Positions 13,684-26,314 of a DNA stretch of 64,000 nt are shown here, piece by piece; positions within the stretch are counted from its first letter, which is position 1; every line of letters starts with the position of its first letter. Origin of the DNA: Octopus vulgaris. Its lineage: Eukaryota. Made by a program: the position numbers and the translations under genes. The stretch lies in contig OX597822.1 of assembly GCA_951406725.2 (NCBI GenBank), positions 41,664,001 through 41,728,000 on the forward strand. The letters run 5' to 3'. The notes under the pieces were generated by a model that saw only the letters and a list, made by a program, of their open reading frames with translations, did not search any database and had not been told where the DNA came from.

Positions 13684-14235
13684 TTGTATGTGTGGTGTGT
13701 GCATGCACACATGTATGTGTGTATATATGTACATGTACACATAATCATAAATATATGTATATAATATAAGAAATAATTATTCAATGTCAGTTATCTCATC
13801 TCTACCAGCCTTATACATCTCCAAGTATTTCCTTATCAGGCTCATGGCTTTAAAAGATGATTATGTGCTAAATGAGGTGCCCTGAACATTCTTAATTATC
13901 TGAAACTTCATTCTGAGTTGGGGAAAGAAAGCAAAAAGAATTATTGATAAATCACACTGTAAAAGCAAGACAACTTCCAGACCAAAAGAAATCTATCTCT
14001 GAAAGATAAGGAGACAACCATGGACTTGTGTCAGCCTTACCAGACCTCATCAAGCCTACCTTGTCAACATATATATCAAACAATCCACCAACTATCAGAA
14101 ACCCAACCTCTTCTTCCTGCCAGGTACAAAATTTTAGAGCTGCCAATGAAAGGTAGGATTGTATGTGTGTGTGTATATATATGTATATAGTTTCAATCAT
14201 TTGACTGTGGCCATTCTGGAATACTGCCTTATATA

Positions 14236-14766
14236 TACATTATTTACAATTGATGGATATTTGTCCTCATCTTGTTTGTTGTTAACACGTTTCAGCTGAT
14301 ATACCCTCCAGCCTTCATCAGGTATCTTGAGGAAATTTCGAACCTGGGTTCTCATTCCTAAGGTATTTTTCGATGTTGTTGTTGTTATTATTATCATTAT
14401 TATTCAGGTCACTGCCTAGAATTGAACTCGGAATCTTGGGGTTAGTAGCCCGCGCTCTTAACCACTACGCCATATGCCCTAACCCTAACCTACAGGCATA
14501 TGGCATAGTGGTTAAGAGCGCGGGCTACTAACCCCAAGATTCCAAGTTTGATTCTAGGCAGTGACCTGAATAATAATAATAATGATAACAACATCGAAAA
14601 ATACCATAGAAATGAGAACCCAGTTTGAAATTTCCCCAAAACACCTGATGAAGTCTGGAGGGTATATCAGCTGAAACGTTGTGTTAACAACAAACAAGAT
14701 GGGGACAAATATCCGTCAATTGTAAATAATGTACATAATTCCTCATCTCTTAAATAGAGAACTACC
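14236..14766. mobile_element. Fold-back element: inverted pair of tRNA-head + hammerhead units with a 3' tail (PLE-type non-autonomous element)
   Basis: Arms 14236-14478 and 14495-14733 are reverse complements; each has A/B boxes, an (AAT)n linker and CTGATGA...GAAAC; right arm has about 33 extra nt. Confidence 0.8.
14640..14685 (+). ncRNA. Minimal type I hammerhead ribozyme motif (stem II damaged)
   Basis: AACAC-CTGATGA-A-GTCTG..CAGCT-GAAAC-GTT-GTGTT. Confidence 0.55.
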
Positions 14767-14769
14767 TTA

Positions 14770-14820
<51 letters not shown>

Positions 14821-14829
14821 ATAAAGGCA

Positions 14830-15435
14830 AATTGATGTAAGACAGAGGGTAATCAGCTGGATTCCACATGGGCTAAGAGCCCAAATTATTCTGGTTTGGT
14901 AACAGTGGCAGAGTTAGTGGATGCAAAGAAATAAAGTAGCTGAGATAATCAGGGTATTTAGCAGAATAAAGCTTAAATTTGAACCAATTGTATTAACAAA
15001 GCAAGCAACAGTTATTTCTGCATATACACCATGATCAGGACTAACAAATGAGCAGCCATTTTTATGCAGTTCTCTTGTAGACCACCTCAGTAAAGAATGA
15101 CAGTGATCTTATTAATGTGGCTGGTGATGATATGGGACATGTTGGACAACACTGCAGAAGCTGTTCCATTGTACATGGAGATCATGGATGTGGCTCAAGA
15201 AATGAGTATCAAAATTCCTTGTGTTTTTATATATACAAATGACTGAACTATTAGTCACATTATTAACTTCTGTCTATCCACCTGTTCAACAGCCAATCAG
15301 GAAAACACATGAGTCAGTTAAACTTCATACTCACCCAGGAACAGAATACATAGATGGCTGTGAATACTAAATCATTTCCCAGGTGAAGAATTTCTCTCGC
15401 AATATACACCAGTGATTACTGACTTTAGAATAAGA
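14830..15435 (+). pseudogene. Degenerate RTE apurinic-type endonuclease remnant
   Basis: Fragments VISAYTP, VAGD..GHVGQH, HGCGSRNE, SQLNFILT and FPGEE in the expected order. Confidence 0.65.
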
Positions 15436-15591
15436 ACTAGAGGGAGCTGGAGACATATCGCAATTGTATAGTGATACACATACTGGATAAGGAAGCAGAA
15501 AATAGTTCTTCCACATGAAATGAGTGTGCTTACATGCATGTTTGTGTGTATGTGTGTGTGTATATGTATGGTTTATATATATATGTGTGTA

Positions 15592-15815
15592 TTATAATTT
15601 AGAACAAATAGTAAAATGTTGTCATTATAGTACTCAGAGTTTCAAATGTTGGAGCGAAGAGCTACGATGCATTCTCGTCAGCTATTAATGGCAACAGATG
15701 CCATCGAAACTCCGAGTAATATAATGACAACTTTTTACTGTTTGTTCTAAATTATAACGTATATAAATATTCCTCTATTTATCTAATATCGAGGTCTAAT
15801 TCTTTTACTGTTACT
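15592..15815. mobile_element. Short fold-back element with hammerhead and 3' tail
   Basis: 52-bp inverted arms 15592-15643 / 15706-15757 (4 mismatches) plus right-side extension; near (TA)n. Confidence 0.7.
15627..15685 (-). ncRNA. Type I hammerhead ribozyme
   Basis: Minus strand: ATAG-CTGACGA-GAATG..CATTT-GAAA-CTC-T-GAG-TA^CTAT; all core nucleotides present, G10.1-U11.1 wobble. Confidence 0.65.
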
Positions 15816-15857
15816 TATTATTATTAGTATTAGTATAGTTATATATACTTAGTATAG

Positions 15858-15889
<32 letters not shown>

Positions 15890-15893
<4 letters not shown>

Positions 15894-16280
15894 ATCTTTT
15901 ACTTGTTTCAGTCATTAGACTGTAGCCATGCAGTTGACTGAATTGACTCCAGTACTTGTTGGTTCAGAGTAGCATTTTTTAAACTTGGTACTTATTCTAT
16001 TGGTTTTTTTTATTTTTTTATTGAACTGCTAAGTTACAGGGATGTAAACACTATAAACATACCCACTCCAGTTGTCAAGCAGTGGTGTGGGACAAACCAT
16101 GACAAAGACACACACACACATGATGGACTTCTTTCAGTACCCTCTACCAAACCCACTAACAAAGCTTTGGCTAGCTTGAGGCTATTGTAGAAGACACTTG
16201 CCTAAGGTGCCATGCAGTGGGATTGAACCTAGAACCGTGTGGTTGGGAAGCAAACTTCTTACCACACATCCACACCTGTA
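15890..16280 (-). mobile_element. SINE family B
   Basis: Reverse complement of the family B consensus seen elsewhere in the window. Confidence 0.8.
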
Positions 16281-16313
16281 CCTACATCATCATGATCATC
16301 ATTTTAATGAATC

Positions 16314-16484
16314 TAGGACATTTAATCTTCCCCCCCCCATCCATGGACAATTACTCCCCAGGACAACAGATGATGATTTAAAACTTCTTAATATATTGGA
16401 GAGGGGGTAGTTAACTGAGGGGGGTAATTGTCCTAGGGGATAGTTGTAATGAAGGGGTGATTGTCCTAGCGGGCTAATTGTCCT
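16314..16484. mobile_element. MITE with subterminal GGACAATT/AATTGTCC repeats
   Basis: GGACA(A)TT-CCCC motifs on the left, GGGGG-TAATTGTCC motifs on the right. Confidence 0.5.
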
Positions 16485-17199
16485 GATATGCATTTTGATA
16501 TCTACTTTTCCATGCTTGCATGGGTCAGATTAGATTTGTAGAGGCAGATTTTCTTTGGTCAGATACTCTTCCCGTCACCAATCTCCACTTGTTCTAAGCA
16601 AGTATATATTTTTTTCCCCTTGGTCTGGATTGTTTTTCAAAGAACATTAACAGACACCACTGCTCATACAACAGTGAAGTTTGCTTGTAATCAGTGTAAT
16701 CAGGACAAAGAGACACATACCGTTAGGCATATGCATGCACACACACTTACAAACATGATATTTACATGTGCATGTGTGTGTATTTATATACATATGTATG
16801 TATATATACAATACATGTGTGTGTGTATATATATATGCATGTGTGTATTTATGTACGATAAGCTTCTTTTCAGTTTCTGTCTACCAGATTCATTTACAAA
16901 GCGTCGGTTAACTTAGCACTATAAGAGAAGACACTTGCCTAAGGTGCCATGTTGTGGAAATGAATTGGAAGCCATGGAAATGTGAAGCAAAGTTATTGAC
17001 CGCACAACCAAATCTGTACTTTTGTACACACACACACACACACATATGATGCAAAAATGAAAATAAAAATCATGAAGACAAAGTAAAAAAAAAAACATAG
17101 AGTCTATTAGATTTATGCTCAGGAAAAATAGAAGAAAAATTCTGTTATATTTCCAAGCATACACTCTTCTACAGAAGACAAGTGAGAAAATGGAGAGGG

Positions 17200-18205
17200 C
17201 AAAGACCAAATGCAAGTCAATTAGATAATCACCACTTGCTTGCTTTCTCAAGATTATCCAGTGAATCCAATCATGACACTCTTTCATTTCTGGATACTTT
17301 GTTAAATCCATGAAGTGCAGCTCTGGTTGGAAATGAGACATGGATATGCTTGGTAGGAGATGCCAGATATCTACCTCTTTTATACATTTCTGTTGGTAGT
17401 GCTTGTGTGTCTCGCCTCTCTGTCTTCTACCTACCTGCTCTGGTAGATGCATGTGCTGTGTATGAAAGGTGTTTGTTGTATAAAGAAGTACTGAGTCCTT
17501 GAAGTGGTTGGAACTTGTGGAAGAGCAAGACCTAGAAAGAAGAACTTATACAACTAATCACAGGAAAGCGAACCTCACAAACAAGAATGGCTTTTTTTCT
17601 TAGGGAGTCTGTTTGATCCCATTGGCCACTGTCTGTTCCCCTCTCCTCATAAGTGGATGGAGTAGTAATGCAATAAGGGAGTACTTCCTGGTTGTTAGAT
17701 CTTAGCTATTGTAGTTGTTACTGTGGATGACTCAGCTATACTGTTTGTGTCTGGGGGAGGAGGCTTTAGGTTATCATGGTTTACTCTTGGTAATAAGGAT
17801 AGGATAATTTCATTTGCTAACTCATGAGTTGTGTCTGGTGCTATCCTAGGACTAAAACTTACTTGATTTGTGATAGATGCCTTTTGTTTTGGATTTTCTG
17901 TACAGAACATTTTTAGATGAGTTTTGCTTCCACCTGTGTAACAGCTGGGCTGTTTGTTGTGAATACTGAACGTTTTCTTCCACTGAACACCTTCTACGAG
18001 ACACAGTATTGATTTGTGATTTTGCAAAGTCATGAGGACCTGTGTATTAATAGTGATTGCACCCAACTACATATCACCAAAGGTTACATCTATGCTTACC
18101 ACCTGTCTATATTGAGTCACAAAGGTGGCACAAATGTCACCAATGTCCCTGATGGTGGTCCTTGTGTTTCACATATTGTGTTTGGACTTTTGCCCCGTCC
18201 TCTGG
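17200..18205 (-). pseudogene. Possible decayed L1/Tx1-type ORF1 remnant
   Basis: Minus-strand TQVLMTLQ...LVEG...PSCY.GG...HL...C resembles a decayed zinc-knuckle ORF1; weak. Confidence 0.3.
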
Positions 18206-18210
18206 TTTGA

Positions 18211-18430
18211 CCCTTTAGCATTCAGGTTACCCTGTCAAATGTAAAGTTTATTTATTCACATTGTTTTGAATTAGTCATGCATTATCTCATAGTTTGAAGA
18301 TTTCAATGATGTGATTGTTTATTTTTAGTATGACATTGTAGGATAGGTGTGAGAGTTTGGATCTGGCCAGTTTGAACATAAAACAAGTAGAATATTTGGG
18401 CCCGGTATGGCTGTTTTAAATGTTAAAGGG
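18211..18430. mobile_element. piggyBac-type MITE
   Basis: TTGA|CCCTTTAGCATT...AATGTTAAAGGG|TTAA. Confidence 0.75.
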
Positions 18431-19083
18431 TTAAATATTACTCATAGTGTCATACACACCCCATCCTCTCCCAGTAAAAAATATTTCCTTTAAAATATTT
18501 TCCAGAGTTCTCTCTAATTTGTATTTAGATTGGATCAGGAAATCTATTGTGTCTTTCACAAGATATAGGTATGTTAGTTTCCTTTTCTCATGAACCCCTG
18601 TAATTGATTGTGGAAAACTGGTCCCAATCCAGAAAACAGAGTGTTACCGGACCTTTGAATTCCCTGCAAATTGTTTCATATCTAGAGTTTTCTTTCTTTT
18701 TCTTTAATCTTTCTTCTTTATTGTTGATAAAACATCAGCAAAAGACAATTTATTATTGTTCACATTTCCACCTGAAAAGATAAATGCATGCTTGTTGCTG
18801 TTGAGTTAAAATAACTGTTTTCTTTCTGTTCATTCATGTTATTTAACATTTTGTATTGTACTCAAATTTTTTTGGTTTGTGTATTTTCTACGTGTGAAAA
18901 TATATATCATTTTGTATATATTTTTAGTTTCCTTTGAGAGAATTTGGTGTAAAATCTTTATGGTCATTGCTCTTTTGTCAGTAACATGAGAAGAAAAAAA
19001 TACAATTTTGTCTAAAAGTAAAACACAAACTTTATTTTTACTTTTGCCATCTCCTGTGAAGGGAGACTCCAAACTATAGAAAA

Positions 19084-19467
19084 CTAGCAGTATCGCCCGG
19101 CGTTGCTCAGGTTTGTAAGGGAAATAACTATAAAGCATTTTTAGAGAGTTATAGCCCAAAAATAGCAAAAAAATGGGAAAAAAATGATGGTAAATTTTTT
19201 TTGAGAGTTAAAAAAGGTGGAGTTGCGTCCCCTAGACGGTCTGTGGTTTGGGTTTCTGATTCTCGACCCCATGTCGAATTTATCGATTTTTTTCAGAACT
19301 GGGGGAACTTTTCAAAATTTTCGCTGCGTTAGTTTTGAATTATGACATTGGGCTATGTGTGTGTAAAGTTTCATCAGAATCGGTTGAAAGCCGTGGTCAG
19401 AGTGAGGGTACGAGAAAACAGACACACAGAAAACGCACAGACAAACTGCCATTTATATAGAGAGAGA
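19084..19467 (-). mobile_element. Non-autonomous Helitron
   Basis: Minus strand starts A|TC, ends CTAG|T, with GC-rich hairpin CCTGAGCAACGCCGGG just before the 3' end. Confidence 0.8.
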
Positions 19468-19599
19468 TTACCTCTATAACATGTATTTTTAGTAAGTCTT
19501 TATTGATCTCGTAAAACCTTTTTTGCTTCTTTGAGAGAGAGAGAAAGAGACTTGTAAAAGAGTTCTGCTTTATCAGTAGTGAATAAGAATAATGCTAAT

Positions 19600-20250
19600 A
19601 ATTCTTTCAAATTTTGGCAAAGGACCCACAATTAGTGGGAATTGATTACATTGACCCCAGTAGTCAACTGGTACTCATTCTACCAAGTTTGAATGGGTAA
19701 ATAACACAGTTGACCCCAGAGGAATTTGGACTCAGAATGTAAAGCCAGAAGAAATGTCTCTAAGCATTTTGTCTGATGCTCTCACCATCTTACTACTACT
19801 ACTACTACTACTACTAAATAATAACCCTTTCTATTGAAGGCACAAGGTCTGAAATTTAGTGGGGAGGGTACTAGTTTATTACATCAACCCCAGTGTTTCA
19901 CAGGTACTTAATTTATCAACCCTGAAAGGATGAAAGACAAAGTTGACCTCTGTGGAATTTGAACTCAGAACGTAGCAACAGGCAAAGTTCCACTAAGCAT
20001 TTTGTCCTGTGCATTAACTATTCTGTGAGCCCACCACCTTATAGCTTCCACTATGACCACAAGGCCTAAAATTTTGGAGAAAGAGAGTAGTCAATTACAT
20101 TGACCCTAGTGCTCAACTGGTATCTGTTTTATCAACACTGAAAGGATGAAAGGCCAAGTCAACCTTGGCAGCGTTTGAACTAAAAATACCAAAAGAAATG
20201 CCACTAAGCATTTTGTTTGATGCTCCAATGATTCTGCCAGCTTTCCACTT
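19600..20250 (-). mobile_element. Cluster of three family C SINEs
   Basis: Repeated GAAAGGATGAAAGGCAAAGTYGACCTC-like cores. Confidence 0.75.
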
Positions 20251-20339
20251 TCACCCTTTTTAATACCAACTCACCTGAGACCACACCTGGTTTTATAATA
20301 CAGACTTTCTGTTTTAAAGGGATTTAAATTAAAACCCTC

Positions 20340-20546
20340 CTCTTTACTCTTTTACGCTTTTTCTTGTTTCAGTCATTTGACTATGGCCATGCTGAAGCAC
20401 CAGCTTTAGTCGAGCAAATCGACCCCAGGACTTATTCTTTGTAAGCCTAGTACTTGTTCTATCGGTTTCTTTTGCTGAACCACTAAGTTACAGGGACGTA
20501 AACACACCAACATCAAGTGTCAAGCGATGTTGGGGTGGGACAAACA

Positions 20547-20585
<39 letters not shown>

Positions 20586-21728
20586 GACAGGCTTCTTTCA
20601 GTTTCTGCCTACCAAATTCACTCACAAGGCTTTGGTTGGCCCGAAGCTGTAGTAGAATACTCTTGCCCAAGGTGCCACGCAGTGGGACTGAACCCGGAAC
20701 AATGTGGTTGGTAAGCAAGCTACTTACTTTGCTATTTTATGATTCAAAACACCAGCTTCAGTTATGACAAATTCATTTGACAAACTTCTTCAAGACAGTT
20801 TATTCCAACAGAAATATAGTAACAAAAAAGGTTTACTACTACTACTACAAATAATAATAATGTACATTATCTGTGTGTGACATGCAAACAGCTACATCCA
20901 CATGTTCTATATACATACACACATACACACATGTTTGTATGCATCAAGCCTGGCTGCGTGGTAAGAAGTTTACTTCCTAACCACATGGTTCTGGGTTCAG
21001 TCCCACTGATGGAACCTTGAGCAAGTATCTTCTAATTTGTCCTTGGGCTGACCAAAGATTTGCAAGTGGATTTGGTAGACAGAAATCGAAAGAATCTTAT
21101 AGTGTGTATGTATGTTTGTCTCCCACTACTGCCTGACAACTGGTGTTGATATGTTTACATCCCCATAACTTAGCAGTTCAGCTAAAGTAACCAACAGAAT
21201 AATTTACCAGGCTTAAAAAAAAATATAATGGTGCCAATTCATTCAACTAAAATTCTTCGAGGCAATTCCCCCAGCATGGCCACAGTTTAATGACTGAAGC
21301 AATTAAAAAAGACGCACACACAAATACACATATATCTCTTTTACTCATTTACTTGTTTCAGCCATGCTGGATCAACACCTTCAGTTGAGCAAATCAACCC
21401 TAGGACTTATTCTTTGTAAGCCTAGTACTTATTCTATCGGTCTCTTTTCCAATCCATTAAGTTATGGGGATGTAAACACACCAGCATCGGTTGTCAAGCG
21501 ATGATCGGGGGACAAACACAGACACACAAACACACACACACATATATATAGATAGATATATATATACGACAGGCTTCTTTCAGTTTCCATCAACCAAATC
21601 CACTCATAAGGCTTTGGTCAGCCTGAGGCTATAGTAGAAGACACTTGCCCAAGGTTCCAAGCAGTGGGACTGAACCAGGAGCGATGTGGTTGGTAAGCAA
21701 GTTACCTACCACACAGCCACTCCTGCAC
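20340..21728. mobile_element. Three family B SINEs in alternating orientation (-,+,-)
   Basis: About 20340-20727 minus, 20947-21310 plus, 21335-21728 minus. Confidence 0.8.
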
Positions 21729-21729
21729 T

Positions 21730-21772
<43 letters not shown>

Positions 21773-22109
21773 GTTTTATCAGGTAACTGTTGCCAATTAT
21801 TTCAGAGAAGAGAAAGAAACTGTGATAGCATATGTATTGGTCATTTGGTTATTTCTGGAGACTACTGTGTCAGTGAGATCATTGTTTTTTAAGAATAGAC
21901 TTTAACCTTTGAGGAAACAGTTCCCTGCCCACTGTAATGTATATATTTATCTTACTGCAATACATTGGTCATCTGAATGGAACAAATGCTACAACAACAA
22001 CAACACTTATACAAAGTTCAGCAACTTGAGGAAATGTCTTCTTTATCTGCTGGTATTCAGTTGGTTTTTCTTTCCTAAGTGTCACAGTAGAACTGGTATA
22101 CTAAATATA

Positions 22110-22186
22110 TATCAAGCACACATACACACACACACATTTACTGCCATATATCATACATTCACAAACCTATATCATACATACATTCA

Positions 22187-22238
<52 letters not shown>

Positions 22239-22685
22239 CATACACGCATATTCACAACCATATAACACACATATATACATACACTCTTATATAGATATAT
22301 GCACACACTTGCAAACATATTCGCAACTATACATCATACATACATTCATACATACACACATATGCATACACATGCTCATACATACACATATTCACAAACA
22401 TACATTATGCATGCATACATATATACACTCATATTCACAACTATATATTATACATACATATGTATTTGTACACTCTCACACACACACACACATTCACAAC
22501 CATATATCATACATACACACATATGCATACATATTCATACACACATACATATTCATACACACACACATATTCACAACTATATATCACATACAAATATACA
22601 CTTATGTATTTAAACACACATACATACAAGCACATACACATACACACAATCACATTACCATATACACAACTGTATATTCATGCAT
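22110..22685. repeat. Degenerate (CA)n/(CATA)n/(TA)n tract
   Basis: Direct reading. Confidence 0.9.
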
Positions 22686-23109
22686 AGGAACCAGTGAGGG
22701 GAAATTCTGTGTAGTTGGCTTGTGTTGCTAGAAATATAACCTATATCTCCCTTAAATCCTACTCTATTATCTTAAATAAGGAAGGTCACAGTATTGTTGT
22801 ACTTGAATAAGTGTCTTAAAACGGGAAAAAGCCAGCTTGTTTATAGCTTAAAAATGCTTTTGATCATCACCCTGTGTGTCTGTGAGCGCGTGCGCTAAAT
22901 CAGAGTTGATCGACACAACAGCAAGGAAGGTCTATATATGTACATGATACATAACATCTCCAACACTGTATACCACTTGAACCTGCAGGATGACACTTGA
23001 GTCAGTTTGAACTACTCTCACCATCACTCTTGTAATGAACCTGCATGGAGGGAACTGATGGAGATAACAGATAATGACGATGATAATAATCATAATAATA
23101 ATAATAATA

Positions 23110-23880
23110 ATCCTTTTTACTGAAGGCACAAGGCCTTGAAATTTGGGGGGAGGGGACTAGTCAATTACATTAACCTCCAGTGTTTCACTGGTACTTAATT
23201 TATCGACCTCAAAAGAAGGAAAGGCAAAGTCAACCTTGGCGGAATTTGAACTCAGAACATAGTGGCAGACAAAATACCGCTAAGCATTTTGCCCAGTATG
23301 CTGACGATTCTGCCAACTCACTGCCTTAATGATGATGATGATGATGATGATGATAATAATAATAATGGTTTCAGATTTTGGTATGAGGGCTGCAAGTTTG
23401 AGGGAGTGGCTAAGTTGATTACATTGAGCCTGTGCTCAACTGGTATTTATTTAATGGACACCCCGAAAGGAGGAAAGGCAAAGTCGACCTCAATGGAATT
23501 TGATTTCAAAATGTGAAGGTGGATGAAATGCTGTTGAGAATTTTGCCCGGCATGCTAACATTTCTGCCAGCTTGCCACCTTAATAATAATAATAATAATA
23601 ATCCTTTCTACTATAGGCACAAGACCTGAAATTTGCAGGGAGGGAAGTACTCGATTACATTGACCCAGTGTTTCACTGGTATTTAATTTATCAATCCCAA
23701 AAGGATGAAAGGCAAAGTTGACCTTGGTAGAATTTGAATTCAGAACTAAAGATGGACAAAATGCTGAACTCTGCCGGTTGACCTCAGTGGAATTTGGATT
23801 CATAATAATGAAAAGACAGATGAAATGCTGTTTAGAATTTTGTCCAGTATGCTAACAATTCTACCAGTTTGCCACTCTAT
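23110..23880 (-). mobile_element. Cluster of family C SINEs separated by (AAT)/(GAT) repeats
   Basis: Repeated cores and heads. Confidence 0.75.
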
Positions 23881-23919
23881 CAATAATAATAATAAGAAGA
23901 AGATGAATGATGATGATTC

Positions 23920-25045
23920 ATTTATTTGCCATGAGGGCAAAAGATGAGGCGGACAATACAGAGACAGACATAGAGTGTAGGGGTTTATATATAATAATGA
24001 AATGATAAATAAAAAAAAAAAACTATACATGGTATACTCAGGGAAAGAGAAGACATATGCATAGCAGTCAGAGGTACAAAAAAAAAGTGGTGGGGAGGAT
24101 GATAGAGTTGTGGCCCTCCTGATACAGGAGTACCTTTAGGTATTATAGAGGAATTCCACTGTCCAAGATTTCCCTGAAATGGTATGAGCAAGTGCCCTCT
24201 CCAATTCACAGGTCTACACTTAGAGAGGTACCATCCACTTTCGCCATTTTTGCAACTTTCACCCACTTTTTGATAAATTCACTCGAGGACAGCACTTCCC
24301 TCTCCACTCTCAATTTCCTTTTCAAGTGAAACTTGAAAAAGTCAATGAGAGCTCTACCAAAGAGGAATGTATCTGTCCTCATGCCTTTCAGGCTTGTCCA
24401 CCAAACAACTTCTTTCACCACAGACACAAGGCAAAGGAAAACTGCCTTGCCTGCCCAAGGGTGGCAGTGCAATCATCACTACAGACTCGGCCAACAGACA
24501 GATCTGTCCTACACGTGACAGTAGCTGTTCAACATAACCCCACAAGTAAGCAATGCCTGGACACTGAATGAGGACATGCAGAACGGTTTCGTCACTGTGC
24601 ACACCTTGGACAAGTCCGTCTGACAGTGCATCGATGCTGTAGAGCTTGTCTTGAACTGATAGCACTGCCAAGCCAAGGACATCTGGAAATTATCCATGAT
24701 AGTTCCCGAGCGGAAAGTCGTCCGGAACAGATTACCCAGTTCGTTCTTATCAGTGCCCAGAGTTTCCCTGAGAACATTGTCCCACTTCCCCACCACTAAT
24801 CCTCTATAAATTTCTAAAGCAGAACATCCACTGATCCCATTGCCCAACTGGTAGAGGGTTGTGAGCGTATGATGACATTCTAGATGCCAGACGCCCAGTT
24901 TCAGTCTTTTTTTCGCCCATGACTGCAGCTCCATCAAGGAGACAAACTGCATAAAGACGAGTCTCACAAATGGAGCCTACACATGCTCATCTTCCAGAAA
25001 TCGTTGCAAGTGGCGTAATCTAAGCATGTGTCTGTGCTAGGAACA
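23920..25045 (-). pseudogene. L1/Tx1-clade LINE ORF2 C-terminal remnant with 3' UTR
   Basis: Across frameshifts: CPRCAQ..ETVLHVLIQCP...LW (CCHC) and VKEVVWW...FFKFHLKRKLRVER...FIKKW. Confidence 0.75.
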
Positions 25046-25904
25046 TGTCCAACAGTTTTGAGGGGATGGAGTTAGTCAATGCCATCAGTACATGATTGGT
25101 ACTTTATTGACCCTGGCAGAAACTGAACTGAGAACATAATGTGTTGGAAGAAATGCAACTCAACATTTTGTCTACCAGCTTGCAATAATAAAATAATAAT
25201 CTTTTCTACTAGAGGTGCAAGGCCTGAAATTTTTTTGGGAGGGGAACTAGTTAATTTCATCAGTTAGTTTTCCTGTTTGCACCACCAAATCCATAATTCA
25301 CCCTTAATCGAAAGACACCTGTTGTTACATCCTATTATTTGTATTTGTGTAACATTCTCCATTATTTTTTCCGTCCTTGTTTTCATATACATTCACTGCT
25401 TTCTTCCAAGGAATCTAATGCTCTTAGCTTAGTTTTTCCTTGGGGCTGGCCAGATTGGAGCAATCTCGAGTATAACCAGCCAAAATTGCAAAGATAATCT
25501 GGAACTGGATTGAGGAAAGAAAACTCCGAATGACCTATCATTGTTTTCTTTGTATCGGCTATCTGGATGTTTTGTTGTCCATTTTTTGTATCACCTAACT
25601 GTCTGGATGTTTTGCGTTCTTGTCCCATTTTGTATTTTATATATATAAATATATCATTGCTATAATGTCTGAATTTTCTATACTAGAATGCGTCAAGCAA
25701 GGAAATTTTTCTCCAGCCAGTTAAGCTTCCTGTCACCAACCCTCATTTCTTCCCAAATAAGCTCCTATTTCCCCTGGTCTTTCAAACTACAAATAACTTG
25801 ACAGGTTCTGGCAGCAGATGTAAACAACAAATCTGTCTGTACAGTAACATTTTTTACATAGCATGCAAGCAATGTCAGGACTGCTGGAAGAGAGAGAGAG
25901 AGAT

Positions 25905-25944
<40 letters not shown>

Positions 25945-26314
25945 CATAAATGTGTGTGTGTGTATATATATATATATAGTTTTGGATGAACACTTCTAAT
26001 CCGAGACAGGACACTAGTCTACTGCAGGATTTGAACTCAGCATTGCAAACTAATGGCTCCCTAATCTAGTGATGAGAAATCTTCCCACCATACTACCTAC
26101 TTAGATGTTGAACTTGCAAGGGAATCTGCTTCTACATGGTCACTTAATCTACTAGAAACAGCAGCCAAGTTTTCCTCAATTCACAATTTACCATCTTAAA
26201 TAAAAATTATTCTTTAGATAAGGTAATCATGGTGGGTCATGGCTGAATTGCCTTCTTTCATAGATCTCCTCAGTCAAAGCTAACCTTGAGGTTCAACAAT
26301 AATAACATTCTGTA

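Noticed and set aside
14407-14567. Two tRNA-Ser(ACT) genes
   Set aside because: Acceptor stem does not pair, the anticodon is atypical, and both lie inside a repeat; treated as SINE-like heads
25300-25645. Hammerhead in a T-rich element ending at (TA)n
   Set aside because: CTGGATTGA..GGA/TCC..GAATG lacks both intact core strands; may be a PLE fragment but unsupported
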